Shown here: positions 7,550 to 18,564 of the stretch, one piece after another
How the letters are laid out: each line of letters begins with the position of its first letter
How positions within the stretch are numbered: the first letter of the stretch is position 1
Origin: an uncultured Phascolarctobacterium sp.
GTDB taxonomy: Bacteria; Bacillota; Negativicutes; Acidaminococcales; Acidaminococcaceae
Direction: 5' to 3'
Length of the DNA stretch: 64,000 nucleotides
NCBI RefSeq assembly: GCF_900753045.1
Contig: NZ_CAADXO010000012.1
Span: forward strand, 36,588 to 100,587
Notes under the pieces: model-generated
Database searches by the model: none
Told to the model about the DNA's origin: nothing
The model's input: only the letters and a program-made list of their open reading frames with translations
Translations under genes and position numbers: made by a program

Positions 7550-10471
7550 TTACGCATTGATGATATTGTTGAACAAAGATTTATTGGCTTCGATAGGCTG
7601 CTTGCCGCCGACTACGCAGATCAGGCCGTCGCTGAGCATGTCCTCTACTACCTTAGCCAGTGCTTGCAGGTCTGCATTGCTTACCTGCAGGATTTCGTTG
7701 CGGATGCGCTGGCGCAGCTCTACGGGAACGTGCTTCAGATATTGCGCGGTAGCCTTGTCAAGACGCATGCTGTTGGTCAGGGGCTTATCCATCGTGCTGA
7801 TGGTACCGATAACGTACTTGTTCAGCTCGCGTTCGGGGAATTCTTCGTTTCTCAGCCATTCTGCCAGACCTTGGTAAGCCTCCAGAGTTTTCGGCAGCTG
7901 CGGGTCGCGGTAGGATGCAAACACGCCTACGCCGTTCAGCTCAAAGCGTGCGGTAACGCCGTAAGCGCCGCCCTGAATACGGATTTTGGTCCAGAGATAT
8001 TCGTAGCTCAGAATGGTTTCCAGTACAGCCATAGCGCCCACGTATTTGTGACCGTGCTTAGCAAAGTTGCCGCCTGCAGCAACGTATTGCACCTTGCCTG
8101 CGGTAGCAATAGCCTCGTTGACAGTGCCTACGGGCAGAACCTCAGCCTTCTCTCCTGCTTCGGCATCAGACAGCTTGCTGATGAAATCAAGGCACTGCTG
8201 TCTTACTGCTGCCTGCTCTTTTACGTCACAGCTGTAGCTGAGCAGGAAACGATTCTTTTGGAAGAAGCGTTTGATTAACTGTCGCAATTGCTCCAGTACC
8301 TGCGGTGCCAGCTCGTCGAAGTTGTCGGTCAGCTTTTTGAGGAACTGGTAATAGCTGAATTCATCCTGCTCGTTGACGCGTGCGCCGGCAGAGCAATAAG
8401 AGAACAGTCTGGTGATAGCAACTGTCTGACCGCGATTGAAGAAGTTGTCGTCCCAATCGGTTTTCAGCTCGGACACCAGCTCGCGGAAGCGGTCCAGATC
8501 GTCCATCTTGCTTTCCAAAGCAATAGCCTGCAGGATGTCCAGCATTTTCGGCAGGTTATCGGTAAGGCATTTTCCTTTGGTGGAAAAGTAAATTTTATAA
8601 TCGTCCGTAGATTCTGCTTCGGTGAAGGCGCGTACAGCGAACGCAATACCACCGGTATACATGATGGCGTTGGTTGCCAGCTCCTGATAGCTGTAGCGCT
8701 CGGTGTTGAACTTGCCCATGATATCGGTGAGCAGATAGCACAGAGGCAACTTGTCAGCTTCCATGTCGGTGATATCAAAATAGAAGCTGGTATAAGCGAT
8801 TTTATTGGTGTTGCGCGGAAGATACAGCAGATGGCTTGCGCCCAGCTCTTCCTCCTGCGTTTCAATCTTCTCTACCTCCTGTCTGATGTCGCTGCGTTTC
8901 AGTACAGGGATGGTGGCACGTGCTTCCTCACTGTCGGGAGTAGCCTGCAGGCGGTGCAGCTCGGCGCATTCGTCGATATGCTGCTGCAGCTCCTCCCGGC
9001 TCATCTGTGCTTTGATAGCGCTCATCTTGGCAGCAGCGGCCTCCTGGTCTGCCTCCTCCTTGCCGGGCTGCGGCAGCAGGGTTACCAGCACCTTATGGGT
9101 GTTGTCCAGCAGGTAATTTTCAATGATGCTTTCGTAATAATTGGTTTTCAGGCCCTCGCGCAGAGCTGCCAGATATTTGTTGTAGCACAGGCCTTCAATC
9201 GGATTGCCGTCGTACAGCCAGTTATCCATAACGCCGATGCCCAAAATCAGTCCCTTGGGATAGCCGCCGAAATCTGCCTCGCGCAACTTGAATTCCATAG
9301 AGTTGATGTTGGCCTCCAGCAGCTTTTTGTCAATGCCGTTGATGGTGATGTCCTGCAGTGTTTTATAGATAACACTGATAAATTTATCGCGCAGATCTTT
9401 CTCGCTGCCGCTGGCACGAATAGAAAATACCGGCTGATACATGCTGGAGGTGTAGCCGCCGTTGATAATCTGGCCTACACCTGCGTCCATCAGCGCACGG
9501 CGCAGTGCGGAGGATTCGCTGTCCAGCAGAGTGCTTTTCAGCAGGCTCAGCGCCATGCTGGTCTGCAGGTCGGTTGCCTTGCCTGTTACGATAGAAAGCT
9601 CGTGATATGTTTTGGCAGTGCAGTCCTCCTCTGCCCCAACCGGATAATATGCTTCGATATCCGCAGTACGCAGCAAGGGCTGCTGCTCTGCGATGGCGGA
9701 ATCAACAGTACCGGTCTTTTCGAAGCTGCTCAGATATTCGCTGTCGAGATATTCCAAAGTAGCGTCGATATCCATATCGCCGTATAAATAGATATAGCTG
9801 TTTTCCGGGCTGTAATAGGTTTTGTGGAACTGCTCGAATTTTTCCTGAGTCAGCTGCGGAATAGCGTCCGGATAGCCGCCGGATTCAAAACGGTAGCAGT
9901 TATCGGGGAACAGCGCCTTCAGTGCTTCGTTTTCCAGATAAGCGTCCGGCGAAGAATATACGCCCTTCATTTCGTTATAAACAACGCCGTTGTAGCTCAG
10001 CTCGCCGTCAAGGCTGTCCAGATTATAATGCCAGCCCTCTTGACGCAGGGTGTATTTGTTCTGATAGAAGGAAGGATAGAACACAGCGTCCAGATATACG
10101 TCCATCAGGTTATGGAAGTCCTTATCGTTGCGGCTGGCAACGGGATACATGGTCTTATCCGAGAAGGTCATAGCGTTCAAAAAGGTGTTCAGAGAACCCT
10201 TGACGAGGTCTACGAAGGGCTCCTTTAAGGGATATTTGCGGGAGCCGCAGAGAGAGGAATGCTCCAGAATATGTGCCACACCTGTATCATCTGCAGGCGG
10301 AGTTCTGAAGGAAATAGAAAAAACCTTGTTATCGTCATCGTTAGCAAGGTACAAAAGGCGTGCGCCGCTCTTGATATGCTCCATGATATATGCCTGGGAG
10401 CTGATTTCATCTACAAATTGTGCTTGTAAAACCTTAAAGCCGTGGTATACGGCATTTATTGCTAAAGTCAT
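7550..10471 (-). CDS. M16-family zinc metallopeptidase (PreP/insulinase-like, about 970 aa)
   Basis: Inverted zincin motif HILEHSSLCGSRKYP (HxxEH) near the N-terminus and the large four-domain size typical of M16C peptidases. Confidence 0.8.
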   Translation of the reverse strand: MTLAINAVYHGFKVLQAQFVDEISSQAYIMEHIKSGARLLYLANDDDNKVFSISFRTPPADDTGVAHILEHSSLCGSRKYPLKEPFVDLVKGSLNTFLNAMTFSDKTMYPVASRNDKDFHNLMDVYLDAVFYPSFYQNKYTLRQEGWHYNLDSLDGELSYNGVVYNEMKGVYSSPDAYLENEALKALFPDNCYRFESGGYPDAIPQLTQEKFEQFHKTYYSPENSYIYLYGDMDIDATLEYLDSEYLSSFEKTGTVDSAIAEQQPLLRTADIEAYYPVGAEEDCTAKTYHELSIVTGKATDLQTSMALSLLKSTLLDSESSALRRALMDAGVGQIINGGYTSSMYQPVFSIRASGSEKDLRDKFISVIYKTLQDITINGIDKKLLEANINSMEFKLREADFGGYPKGLILGIGVMDNWLYDGNPIEGLCYNKYLAALREGLKTNYYESIIENYLLDNTHKVLVTLLPQPGKEEADQEAAAAKMSAIKAQMSREELQQHIDECAELHRLQATPDSEEARATIPVLKRSDIRQEVEKIETQEEELGASHLLYLPRNTNKIAYTSFYFDITDMEADKLPLCYLLTDIMGKFNTERYSYQELATNAIMYTGGIAFAVRAFTEAESTDDYKIYFSTKGKCLTDNLPKMLDILQAIALESKMDDLDRFRELVSELKTDWDDNFFNRGQTVAITRLFSYCSAGARVNEQDEFSYYQFLKKLTDNFDELAPQVLEQLRQLIKRFFQKNRFLLSYSCDVKEQAAVRQQCLDFISKLSDAEAGEKAEVLPVGTVNEAIATAGKVQYVAAGGNFAKHGHKYVGAMAVLETILSYEYLWTKIRIQGGAYGVTARFELNGVGVFASYRDPQLPKTLEAYQGLAEWLRNEEFPERELNKYVIGTISTMDKPLTNSMRLDKATAQYLKHVPVELRQRIRNEILQVSNADLQALAKVVEDMLSDGLICVVGGKQPIEANKSLFNNIINA

Positions 10472-10644
10472 TGTTGCCTCCTAAAAATTTACACTATGGT
10501 ATTTATTATAGCATATTTCAAAAGCTATTGTCTGAAAATCTTGTAAAAACAGTTAGCTGTTTCTAAAAAAGATTATCTCCTTGCCAAAAGCGCTGTTCTT
10601 GCCTATAATAATTAGTAGAATAGGCAGACCTGGAGGGAATATTG

Positions 10645-10908
10645 ATGGAAGAAGCACGCTTTACACTGCGCATTCACCCTATTATTATGAATAAGATGAA
10701 GCATTTGGCAAAGATAAATGGCCGTTCGGTCAATAAGGAAATCGAACAGATTTTGAAATGGGTTATTGATGATTACGAGCGCCAATACGGAAAAATTGAG
10801 CTAACCAAGGCGGAAATGCCGGGCTTCAGCACAGGCGCGACGGTTAAGGAAGCGCCGGAACAGCCTATGGAAATGCTCTTTGGTTTGGATAATAAGAATA
10901 AAAAATAA
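10645..10908 (+). CDS. Arc/MetJ-type ribbon-helix-helix DNA-binding protein
   Basis: FTLRIHPIIMNKMKHLAKINGRSVNKEIEQILKWVI fits a beta-strand plus two-helix RHH pattern. Small protein with an own RBS (GGAGGG). Confidence 0.45.
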   Translation: MEEARFTLRIHPIIMNKMKHLAKINGRSVNKEIEQILKWVIDDYERQYGKIELTKAEMPGFSTGATVKEAPEQPMEMLFGLDNKNKK

Positions 10909-10942
10909 TATGCAGGTTCCCCTGCTCTACGCTATACAATAA

Positions 10943-10985
10943 TTAAGGCACTACTGCGCTCACAGTAGTGCCTTTAGTGTTTTTG
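10943..10985. terminator. Bidirectional hairpin terminator
   Basis: AAGGCACTACTGCGCTCACAGTAGTGCCTT followed by a T-rich run, between convergent genes. Confidence 0.45.
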
Positions 10986-10986
10986 C

Positions 10987-11982
10987 TTATTTTGCTATTG
11001 CATGTTCCTTAAGCTCAAGCTTTTGCTTTTCTTCTACATCTTTAATGCGGCAGCTGGCGAAAATAGAACCGGAAACGTTATGCCATACGCTGAAGATAGC
11101 GCCTGGAAGCGTAGCCAGCGGATTAGCAGCGAAGTTTGCGGTTGCCAGTGCAAGCGCCAGACCGCTGTTCTGCATTGCAACTTCGATAGCAATAGATGTT
11201 TCCTTAGCGTAGGATACCTTCATCAGACGCGCCATGCCCAGGCCCAGAGCCATACCGATGCCGTTGTGCAGGACAACAGCCAGCATTACGATCAGACCGC
11301 AGCTCATCAGCTTAGCAGCGTTAACCGCAACGATACCATCGATAATGGTTACAATCGCTACAACAGAAACCAGCGGCAGAATACCGCCCAGCTTGACAAT
11401 GGTATCGTGGAAAAGGCTGTTTAAGATGATACCTGCAAGCACAGGCAGCAGCACAATCTTCACTACGGAAAGCACCATAGCCATAAAGCTTACCTCAACC
11501 CAGGAGCCTGCCAGCAGGTACACCAGCACAGGTGTTACCAGCGGTGCAATCAAGGTCGAAGTGATGGTCATGCCCACGGATAAGGGAACGTCACCCTTAG
11601 CGATGTAGGCAATAACGTTGCTGGCAGTACCGCCGGGGCAGCAGCCCACGAGGATAACGCCCAGAGCGATATCAGTATCAAGATTCATCACTACAGCCAA
11701 AAGATAGGCTGACAGGGGCATAATGGTGTATTGCAGGATACAGCCGGAAATAACCTCCTTAGGTCGGGAAAAGACGATTTGGAAGTCCTCGCGCTTAATG
11801 GTCAGGCCCATGCCGAACATTGCCGTGCCCAGGAAGAGAGCGGTATACTGCGGAATCCACATGAATTCCTGCGGATGGGTGAAAGCAACCGCAGAGGTGA
11901 TTAAAATCACGACGGCGATGTACTTGGATAAAAATCCGCTTACCTTGCCAATGATGTTTAAAACGCTGTTTTGCTCGTTCAT
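10987..11982 (-). CDS. Bile acid:sodium symporter (BASS/SBF) family transporter
   Basis: 331-aa polytopic protein with ...LGVILVGCCPGGTASNVIAYIAKGDVPLSVGMT..., typical of the BASS family. Confidence 0.8.
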   Translation of the reverse strand: MNEQNSVLNIIGKVSGFLSKYIAVVILITSAVAFTHPQEFMWIPQYTALFLGTAMFGMGLTIKREDFQIVFSRPKEVISGCILQYTIMPLSAYLLAVVMNLDTDIALGVILVGCCPGGTASNVIAYIAKGDVPLSVGMTITSTLIAPLVTPVLVYLLAGSWVEVSFMAMVLSVVKIVLLPVLAGIILNSLFHDTIVKLGGILPLVSVVAIVTIIDGIVAVNAAKLMSCGLIVMLAVVLHNGIGMALGLGMARLMKVSYAKETSIAIEVAMQNSGLALALATANFAANPLATLPGAIFSVWHNVSGSIFASCRIKDVEEKQKLELKEHAIAK

Positions 11983-12107
11983 ATTAAATTGCCTCCTTAC
12001 ATGTATGCTGCCCTGGGGCAGTCACGCTGTTAATTGCCTCGAGCAGAAGCAATTACATGGGTATTGTACCACAAAAAGGAGGAAAAATCCATGCCCGGTT
12101 TAAAGTA

Positions 12108-12296
12108 TCAGCAGGCCTCCAGCAGGTGCGACACCTTCACCTGCAGCTTGTCGGCGATGCGGAATACCAGATCCATACTCGGGCGCGCGCTGCCGTGCTC
12201 GATTTTGCTCAAATACTGCGGAGTAATGCCTATCTCCTCTGCGAGCATCCCCTGCCCCAGCTCCTGCATGATTCTGTAATAACGTATTTTTCTGCC
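12108..12296 (-). CDS. XRE-family helix-turn-helix transcriptional regulator
   Basis: MGRKIRYYRIMQELGQGMLAEEIGITPQYLSKIEHGSARPSMDLVFRIADKLQV is a canonical XRE HTH of 63 aa. Confidence 0.7.
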   Translation of the reverse strand, partial: GRKIRYYRIMQELGQGMLAEEIGITPQYLSKIEHGSARPSMDLVFRIADKLQVKVSHLLEAC

Positions 12297-12590
12297 CATT
12301 TCTACATACTTTTCGCAATACATATATCATCCACTCCTCTACTTCTTACTGATTATAGCTTACAGTATTTCCGGCATTTCTTCATGTAAAAAAAGGTGCG
12401 AAGACTGCCTTGATACCGCTTGCCAAAGTAAATGCGGGCACATTACTGAAAAACGTGCCGGCAATCAGTGTTGTTTTGCATTATGCCTTAGCATAATCTT
12501 ATTATAAAAAATAGGATAGCCAGAGATTGGCTATCCTAAAAAATTTTTTGAGAAATTTTTAGATATTTTTTGCGAAAATGAATTTTGCGC

Positions 12591-13562
12591 TTAATTTACC
12601 GGTATCTCCTGTCTGGAAATAACCTCAATCAGCTCGCCCTGGCTTTTCAGCCAGATATCAATACCCTTGCCGAAAACCTCCGCTTCGATAAGCGTACCGT
12701 TTTCGCCCTCTTCTACTACCTTGGCGGTAGGCAGACGGTCAAGGATATACTCGTAGCTGCTGCCCTTAAACAGGAAGCGCAGGCGCTGCAGATGCCCGCC
12801 GTACATAAACTGGATGCGCTTGCGGAATTCGCCCTCCTCAAAGCGTTTGGAATACGGAACGGCAAAATGCGTTTCGGTGACGGTAAAGCTGTTGATTCTG
12901 TCGATGCGGTAGATAGTCGGGAAGGGATCGTTTTCTATCTCGAATTTGAGCTCCTCCTTCTCCTTGGGCACAATGAAGCCTGCCAGATAAAAGTAGAATT
13001 CGGAGAACATGATGCCTACGGGCTGCAGACTGCGCTGCACCAGCACACCGTCGGTACGGCGGTAGTTGATGATTATCTCCAGATGCTCATGCACAGCGCC
13101 GCTGATCTCCCACATTTTCTTCAGAAACTTATCTTTGTGCTGCGGTTCTACATAAAGCAGCTTTTCGTTGCCTATAAGCTCGCTCACGCGCTGCTGCTCG
13201 GTTTTGGGAATACAGCAGTCAATCAGCTTATCAAGAATCGGATACAGCTCCTTTTTGGTGAACGCCCTGCTCTCTAGCAGTATTTTGAGCGTGGCGAAAA
13301 CCTCCTCATTGGACAGCAGATTGCGTGATGGCGGTACAAGCTGGTAAGCGCCGAGCTTCTGGTTGTAGACCAAATCCTGCACCAGGCCTGATGCTTCATT
13401 CTGCTCATGTAAAAAGGACCGCAGGTCTTCTATGTCGCGCTGAATAGAGCGTAAGGAGCAGCCGAAGCGTTGGGCCTCCTCCTTCTTGTAGAGCATTTTG
13501 CCGTCTACCAGGCGCGAATACATATAGAGCAAACGATCCTTTGCGATGCGTAAATCTGTCAT
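12591..13562 (-). CDS. HTH plus WYL-domain transcriptional regulator
   Basis: N-terminal DeoR-like HTH (AQRFGCSLRSIQRDIEDLRSFL), a central WYL-like region, then a C-terminal extension. Start set at MTDLRIAK with GGGAGG 8 nt upstream. Confidence 0.55.
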   Translation of the reverse strand: MTDLRIAKDRLLYMYSRLVDGKMLYKKEEAQRFGCSLRSIQRDIEDLRSFLHEQNEASGLVQDLVYNQKLGAYQLVPPSRNLLSNEEVFATLKILLESRAFTKKELYPILDKLIDCCIPKTEQQRVSELIGNEKLLYVEPQHKDKFLKKMWEISGAVHEHLEIIINYRRTDGVLVQRSLQPVGIMFSEFYFYLAGFIVPKEKEELKFEIENDPFPTIYRIDRINSFTVTETHFAVPYSKRFEEGEFRKRIQFMYGGHLQRLRFLFKGSSYEYILDRLPTAKVVEEGENGTLIEAEVFGKGIDIWLKSQGELIEVISRQEIPVN

Positions 13563-13765
13563 TATTAGTTCCTCCCTGCCATGAAATTTGCAAAGCGGTT
13601 GATGTAAGAAAATCTCTTTAAGCTTATTATAGCACAATCATTCTCTTAAGCAAACGTTTTGCCACCGGCTATAAGCAAATTTTACCATAGCGGGAGGACA
13701 CATATTGTCTTTCTCTAAAAATATTTTTGGCCTTTTTATTTATTTTAGAGATAACAGGCTAAAAA

Positions 13766-15094
13766 TTACGCCTGTTCAGTTTTAAGCGCAGGCAGAAAGC
13801 CATCCAGTGATTCCAAAGCACGTGCTGCAATCTGAGCATTCTTTTCTCTCTTTTTGCGGATGCGTACAGTGAGCGGCGGAATGAGGCCGAAGTTGATGTT
13901 CATCGGCTGGAAGTTTTCAATCGCTGGGTTGCTGATGTAGTTGGCCAATGCTCCGTGCGCGGTTACGTCGGGGAATTCCACCTCAGGCAGCTCCAGTACC
14001 GCTCTGGCAGCAGCTAAACCGGCCATCAGTCCGGAGGCTGCCGACTCAACGTAGCCTTCTACGCCTGTCATTTGTCCGGCAAAGTAGAAGCGCTTGTTGC
14101 TGCGCAGGTTGAAATGCTTATCCAGCAGCTGCGGCGAATTCAGATAGGTGTTTTTGTGCATTACGCCGAAACGGACGAACTCTGCGTTCTCCAGACCGGG
14201 AATCATACCGAAAACACGTCTTTGCTCCGGCCATTTGAGATGTGTCTGGAAGCCAACCAGATTATAAAGGGAAGCTGCAGCGTTATCCTGACGCAGCTGA
14301 ACTACTGCATATGCTTCCTTGCCGTTGCGCGGGTCAATGAGGCCTACAGGCTTCAGCGGGCCGAAGCGCATAGTGTCCTCGCCTCTTGCTGCCATTTCCT
14401 CGATAGGCATGCAGGCTTCAAATACATCATGCTCAAAATCCTTAACGGGAGCGCTTTCCGCATTGCAGAGCGCTTCCCAGAAGGCAACGTATTCCTCCTT
14501 CGTGTAGAAGGGGCAGTTGAGGTAGTCGGCGCCGCCCTTGTCGTAGCGGGAGGCACGGTAAACCTTGTCATAGTCCAGAGAATCGGCGGTAACAATCGGT
14601 GCTGCGGCATCAAAGAAGTGCAGATAATCAGCCTGCAGCAGCTTTTTGATATCGGCGAAAAGCGCAGCGCTGGTCAGCGGTCCGCTGGCTACGATAACAG
14701 TGCCTTCGAGTCTTTCCAGGTCGGTCACCTCTTCGTGGATGACGGTAACGAGCGGGTTGGCCTTCACTGCTTCGGTTACAGCAGCGGCAAAGCCATCGCG
14801 GTCAACAGCCAGAGCGCCGCCGGCAGGCACCTGATGCTCGTCAGCCTTTTGCATGATGAGAGAGCCTAAACGGCGCATTTCTTCCTTCAGCAGGCCGACA
14901 GCGTTTTCAATATTGCCTGCGCGCAGGGAGTTGCTGCAGACAAGCTCGGCAAAATATGCGGTTTTATGTGCTTCGTCACTTTTTACGGGACGCATTTCGT
15001 GCAGGATTACGGGGATACCGTGGCGCGTGAGCTGGGTAACGGCTTCGCAGCCTGCCAGGCCCGCACCGATTACATGTACAGGAGAGATAGTCAT
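13766..15094 (-). CDS. trmFO: Methylenetetrahydrofolate--tRNA-(uracil54-C5)-methyltransferase TrmFO (Gid)
   Basis: N-terminal FAD-binding [11 protein letters not shown] and the characteristic LVCSNSLR motif, 442 aa. Lies directly downstream of topA as in the Firmicutes dprA-topA-trmFO cluster. Confidence 0.9.
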   Translation of the reverse strand: MTISPVHVIGAGLAGCEAVTQLTRHGIPVILHEMRPVKSDEAHKTAYFAELVCSNSLRAGNIENAVGLLKEEMRRLGSLIMQKADEHQVPAGGALAVDRDGFAAAVTEAVKANPLVTVIHEEVTDLERLEGTVIVASGPLTSAALFADIKKLLQADYLHFFDAAAPIVTADSLDYDKVYRASRYDKGGADYLNCPFYTKEEYVAFWEALCNAESAPVKDFEHDVFEACMPIEEMAARGEDTMRFGPLKPVGLIDPRNGKEAYAVVQLRQDNAAASLYNLVGFQTHLKWPEQRRVFGMIPGLENAEFVRFGVMHKNTYLNSPQLLDKHFNLRSNKRFYFAGQMTGVEGYVESAASGLMAGLAAARAVLELPEVEFPDVTAHGALANYISNPAIENFQPMNINFGLIPPLTVRIRKKREKNAQIAARALESLDGFLPALKTEQA

Positions 15095-17431
15095 TTATTC
15101 GTTGCTGCCTTTCTTAGTTGTAGTAGTTTTTTTCGTTGCAGTGGTTTTCTTTGCAGTAGCGGTTTTTTTAGCAGTAGTTGTTTTAGTAGCTGTAGTCTTT
15201 TTAGCGGCAGTGGTTTTCTTCGCAGCAGTTTTGGTAGCAGCAGTTTTCTTAGCGGTAGTCTTTTTAGCCGCCGCAGTTTTCTTGGCTGCGGTTGTTTTGG
15301 CTTCCGCAGTCTTTGCTGCAGCGGTCTTGGAAGCATATACCGGTCTTGCCTTAGAGCATTCCGGGTTGCTGCAGAACTTGCGCTTGCTGCCGTTGCGTTC
15401 CACGTGCTCTACCATCATATGCTTACATTCCGGGCATTCCTCATTAAGCGGTTTATCCCAGGTGGTGTAATCGCACTCGGGATATTTTTCGCAGCCATAA
15501 AATACCTTGCCGGTTTTACTCTTGCGTTCGAGAATATCGGCGCCGCACTGAGGACATTTTACACCAATCGGGTGCAGGATAGGCTTAGTATTGCGGCATT
15601 TGGGGAAGTTGGGGCAAGCCAGGAACTTGCCGAAGCGTCCTTCGCGGATAACCATCATGGTGCCGTCGTTGCACTTGTCGCAGGGAACGTCGGATACCTC
15701 CAGCGGGATTTCGACAATAGGAATGGCCACGCCTGCGTGGTCCAGATCCTTTTTGAAGGGACCGTAGAATTCGCTGAGGACCTCGTCCTTGGTGTGCTTC
15801 TTCTCGGCAACCTCATCCAGCTTTTCCTCCATCTGGGCGGTGAAGCCGATGTTGATAAGCTCCTTGAAGTATTCAGTGAGCATATCCACGGTCATAATGC
15901 CAAGCTCGGTAACAAGCAGCTTTTTGGCTTCTTTGACAACGTAACCGCGGGTGAGCAGTGTAACGATGGTAGGCGCAAAGGTGCTGGGGCGGCCGATGCC
16001 CTTCTCCTCCAGCTCTTTGATGAGCGTTGCTTCGGTGAAGTGCGCGGGCGGCTCGGTGAAGTGCTGCTCTGCCGGCATAAGCTTGTAAAGCAGCAGCTTG
16101 CTGCCGGGTTCGACGTAAGGCACCTTGGAGTCCTTTTCTTTATCGTCATATTTGCTGTGCAGCTGCAAGAAGCCCGGGAATTTCAGTACGGAGCCTGTTG
16201 CGCGCAGCTGGTAGTCGGCAGCATCAATCGTCAGAGTGGTAACGTCATAAACAGCGTCCGACATCTGGCTGGCAACAACGCGGTTCCAGATGAGGGTATA
16301 CAGCTTGAGCTGGTCGCCTGTAAGGTACTCCTGCATCTCGGCCGGGGTACGCATAACGCTGGTCGGACGAATTGCCTCATGCGCGTCCTGTGCGTTCTTT
16401 TTGGTGCTGTAGTGGTTTTCCTTCGGCGGGCAGAATTCGCTGCCGAAGTTTTGCTTGATATAGTCGCGGATTTCGGCAATGGCAACCTCTGCCAGACGCA
16501 CGGAGTCGGTTCTCATGTAGGTAATCAGGCCGACGGAGGTTTTGCCCAGAGATACGCCTTCATAAAGCTGCTGTGCGAGCATCATGGTCTTTTTGGCGCT
16601 GAAGTTGAGCTTTTTATTGGCCTCCTGCTGCATGCTGGAGGTAGTAAACGGCGGTACGGGGTGACGCTTGCGTTCCTTCTTCACTGCGTCGCTCACGATG
16701 TAATCAGCCTTGGACAGCGCTTCCTCCGCTGCTCTTGCCTCCTGCTCGTTGTGCAGCTCCAGCTTTTTGCCCTGATATTTTACTGCTTCCGCTTCAAAGA
16801 GCTGTCCCTTGCTGCCTTCACGCAGCTTGGCGCTTAACGTCCAGTATTCTACCGGCACAAAGTCTTCAATTTCACGGTCGCGGTCGGCAACGATTTTGGT
16901 AGCAACGGATTGTACGCGGCCGGCGCTCAGGCCCTTGCGAATTTTGCGCCACAGCAGCGGGCTCAGCTGATAGCCTACGATACGGTCCAAAATACGGCGT
17001 GCCTGCTGTGCATCAACCATATCCATGTCAATGCAGCGCGGATGCTTGATAGCGTCCTTGACAGCGGCAGCGGTAATTTCATGAAATTCAATGCGGCAGG
17101 CAGATGTCGGGTCGATGCCCAGAATAAATGCCAGATGCCAGCTGATTGCTTCACCCTCGCGGTCAGGGTCAGTTGCCAGTAAAACTTTGTCGGCTTTTTT
17201 GGCTTCTGTTTTCAGCGCTTTGATTAAATCGCCCTTACCGCGGATGTTGATATATTTCGGCTCAAATTCGTTTGCATGCTCCTCGTCCGGCAGAAAGGTT
17301 ACACCTAGGGTGCTTTTCGGCAGGTCGCGCAAATGTCCCATAGAAGCCTTTACAGTATAGTTTTTGCCTAAAAATTTCTCGATAGTCTTGGATTTCGTAG
17401 GTGATTCCACGATAACCAGAGTCTTTGCCAT
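15095..17431 (-). CDS. topA: DNA topoisomerase I
   Basis: TOPRIM N-terminus MAKTLVIVESPTKSKTIEKFLG...ASMGHLRDLP, C-terminal Zn-ribbon repeats (CPxCG...), and a long K/A/T-rich tail. Confidence 0.95.
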   Translation of the reverse strand: MAKTLVIVESPTKSKTIEKFLGKNYTVKASMGHLRDLPKSTLGVTFLPDEEHANEFEPKYINIRGKGDLIKALKTEAKKADKVLLATDPDREGEAISWHLAFILGIDPTSACRIEFHEITAAAVKDAIKHPRCIDMDMVDAQQARRILDRIVGYQLSPLLWRKIRKGLSAGRVQSVATKIVADRDREIEDFVPVEYWTLSAKLREGSKGQLFEAEAVKYQGKKLELHNEQEARAAEEALSKADYIVSDAVKKERKRHPVPPFTTSSMQQEANKKLNFSAKKTMMLAQQLYEGVSLGKTSVGLITYMRTDSVRLAEVAIAEIRDYIKQNFGSEFCPPKENHYSTKKNAQDAHEAIRPTSVMRTPAEMQEYLTGDQLKLYTLIWNRVVASQMSDAVYDVTTLTIDAADYQLRATGSVLKFPGFLQLHSKYDDKEKDSKVPYVEPGSKLLLYKLMPAEQHFTEPPAHFTEATLIKELEEKGIGRPSTFAPTIVTLLTRGYVVKEAKKLLVTELGIMTVDMLTEYFKELINIGFTAQMEEKLDEVAEKKHTKDEVLSEFYGPFKKDLDHAGVAIPIVEIPLEVSDVPCDKCNDGTMMVIREGRFGKFLACPNFPKCRNTKPILHPIGVKCPQCGADILERKSKTGKVFYGCEKYPECDYTTWDKPLNEECPECKHMMVEHVERNGSKRKFCSNPECSKARPVYASKTAAAKTAEAKTTAAKKTAAAKKTTAKKTAATKTAAKKTTAAKKTTATKTTTAKKTATAKKTTATKKTTTTKKGSNE

Positions 17432-17442
17432 TTATGTTCCTC

Positions 17443-18564
17443 CTACTTTCGGTAGTAACGCTGCGCCTGATCCGTAGCCACCAGTCCGGCGGCCTGCAGG
17501 TCAAGCAGCTCCATGCTTACGGCAGCAAAAGAAGCTCCGCTCTGCTCCGTAAGCTTTTCTAAAGAAAGCGCTCCTGCCTGCAAAAGCGCAAGCAGTTTCG
17601 CTCCTAATTCCGTTGTGACAGGTGCGGGCGCAGGCTTTGGCTCCTGCGGCGCGCAGTCAAATATACTCGGCTGGGTTAAGCGGCGGTTCATCGCCTGCTG
17701 CCAGCTTCTTTTATCGTCTAAAATATCCTGTGGCATATCCACCAGCTTGGCACCGGTGCGGATAAGCTCGTGACAGCCTACGCTGCTGCCGTCGAAAATA
17801 TTCCCCGGCACGCAATATACCTCACGTCCCTCATCGGCAGCGATGTTCGCCGTAATTACAGCGCCGCTGCGCTTGCCTGCCTCTGCTACCAGTACGGCCT
17901 GCGACAGGCCGACGATGATGCGGTTGCGCGCAGGAAAGTTTGCCGCTGCGGGCGGAACTCCCGGCGGATATTCCGTTACTAGGGCACCTTGCTCGGCAAT
18001 GCGGGCGAACAGCCTGGCGTTTTCGGACGGATAGACAATATCCAGGCCGCAGCCCAGAACTGCCACCGTCACACCTCCGGCCTGCAGGCAGGCCTCGTGC
18101 GCCGCCGTATCAATGCCCTTGGCACCGCCGCTGATGATTGGTATGCTCTCGCGCGTCATTGCCTTGGCAAAGTAGCCTGCGGCACGCACGCCGTATTCGC
18201 TGCAGCGACGTGAGCCTACGATGGCCAAAGCATAATTTGCCTGCGGCAGCTCGCCCTTAACGTACAAAACTAAGGGCTTGTCGGTTAATTGGTGCAGGCT
18301 TTGCGGATAGGCAGCATCGGTATAGGCCAGTATCTGCACGCCGTTATGACGGCAGAAGTAATCCAGCCTTTGCGGCAGACGCGCATCACGGTTGCTGATA
18401 AAGTTTTGCACTGCTCGCGGCGTACAGAGCCCTGTTGCCGTGAGCATGGCGGCGCTCGCTTCAAAAACAGCGCGGGCACTGCCCAGAGCGTTAATCAGAT
18501 CAGGTATTCTGCTGCGTCCCAGACCGGGGACAACAGCGCAGACAGCGGCAAGGTATAAGGTATC
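17443..18564 (-). CDS. dprA: DNA processing protein DprA (Smf)
   Basis: Rossmann-like DprA core LAIVGSRRCSEYG...IISGGAKGIDTAAHEACL...VAVLGCGLDIVYP. Start placed at MDTLYLAA downstream of AGGAGG; the ORF table starts 60 nt earlier. Confidence 0.85.
   Translation of the reverse strand, partial: DTLYLAAVCAVVPGLGRSRIPDLINALGSARAVFEASAAMLTATGLCTPRAVQNFISNRDARLPQRLDYFCRHNGVQILAYTDAAYPQSLHQLTDKPLVLYVKGELPQANYALAIVGSRRCSEYGVRAAGYFAKAMTRESIPIISGGAKGIDTAAHEACLQAGGVTVAVLGCGLDIVYPSENARLFARIAEQGALVTEYPPGVPPAAANFPARNRIIVGLSQAVLVAEAGKRSGAVITANIAADEGREVYCVPGNIFDGSSVGCHELIRTGAKLVDMPQDILDDKRSWQQAMNRRLTQPSIFDCAPQEPKPAPAPVTTELGAKLLALLQAGALSLEKLTEQSGASFAAVSMELLDLQAAGLVATDQAQRYYRK

Noticed and set aside
8288-9787. 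499-aa plus-strand ORF
   Set aside because: Antisense to the M16 peptidase gene, with no RBS or motifs.
12034-12389. Overlapping small ORFs on both strands around the XRE gene
   Set aside because: Only the 63-aa HTH frame has a recognisable fold; the others are overlapping alternative frames.
14966-16837. 623-aa plus-strand ORF
   Set aside because: Antisense to topA/trmFO. Low-complexity Cys/Phe/Leu-rich translation, an artefact of the GC-rich opposite strand.
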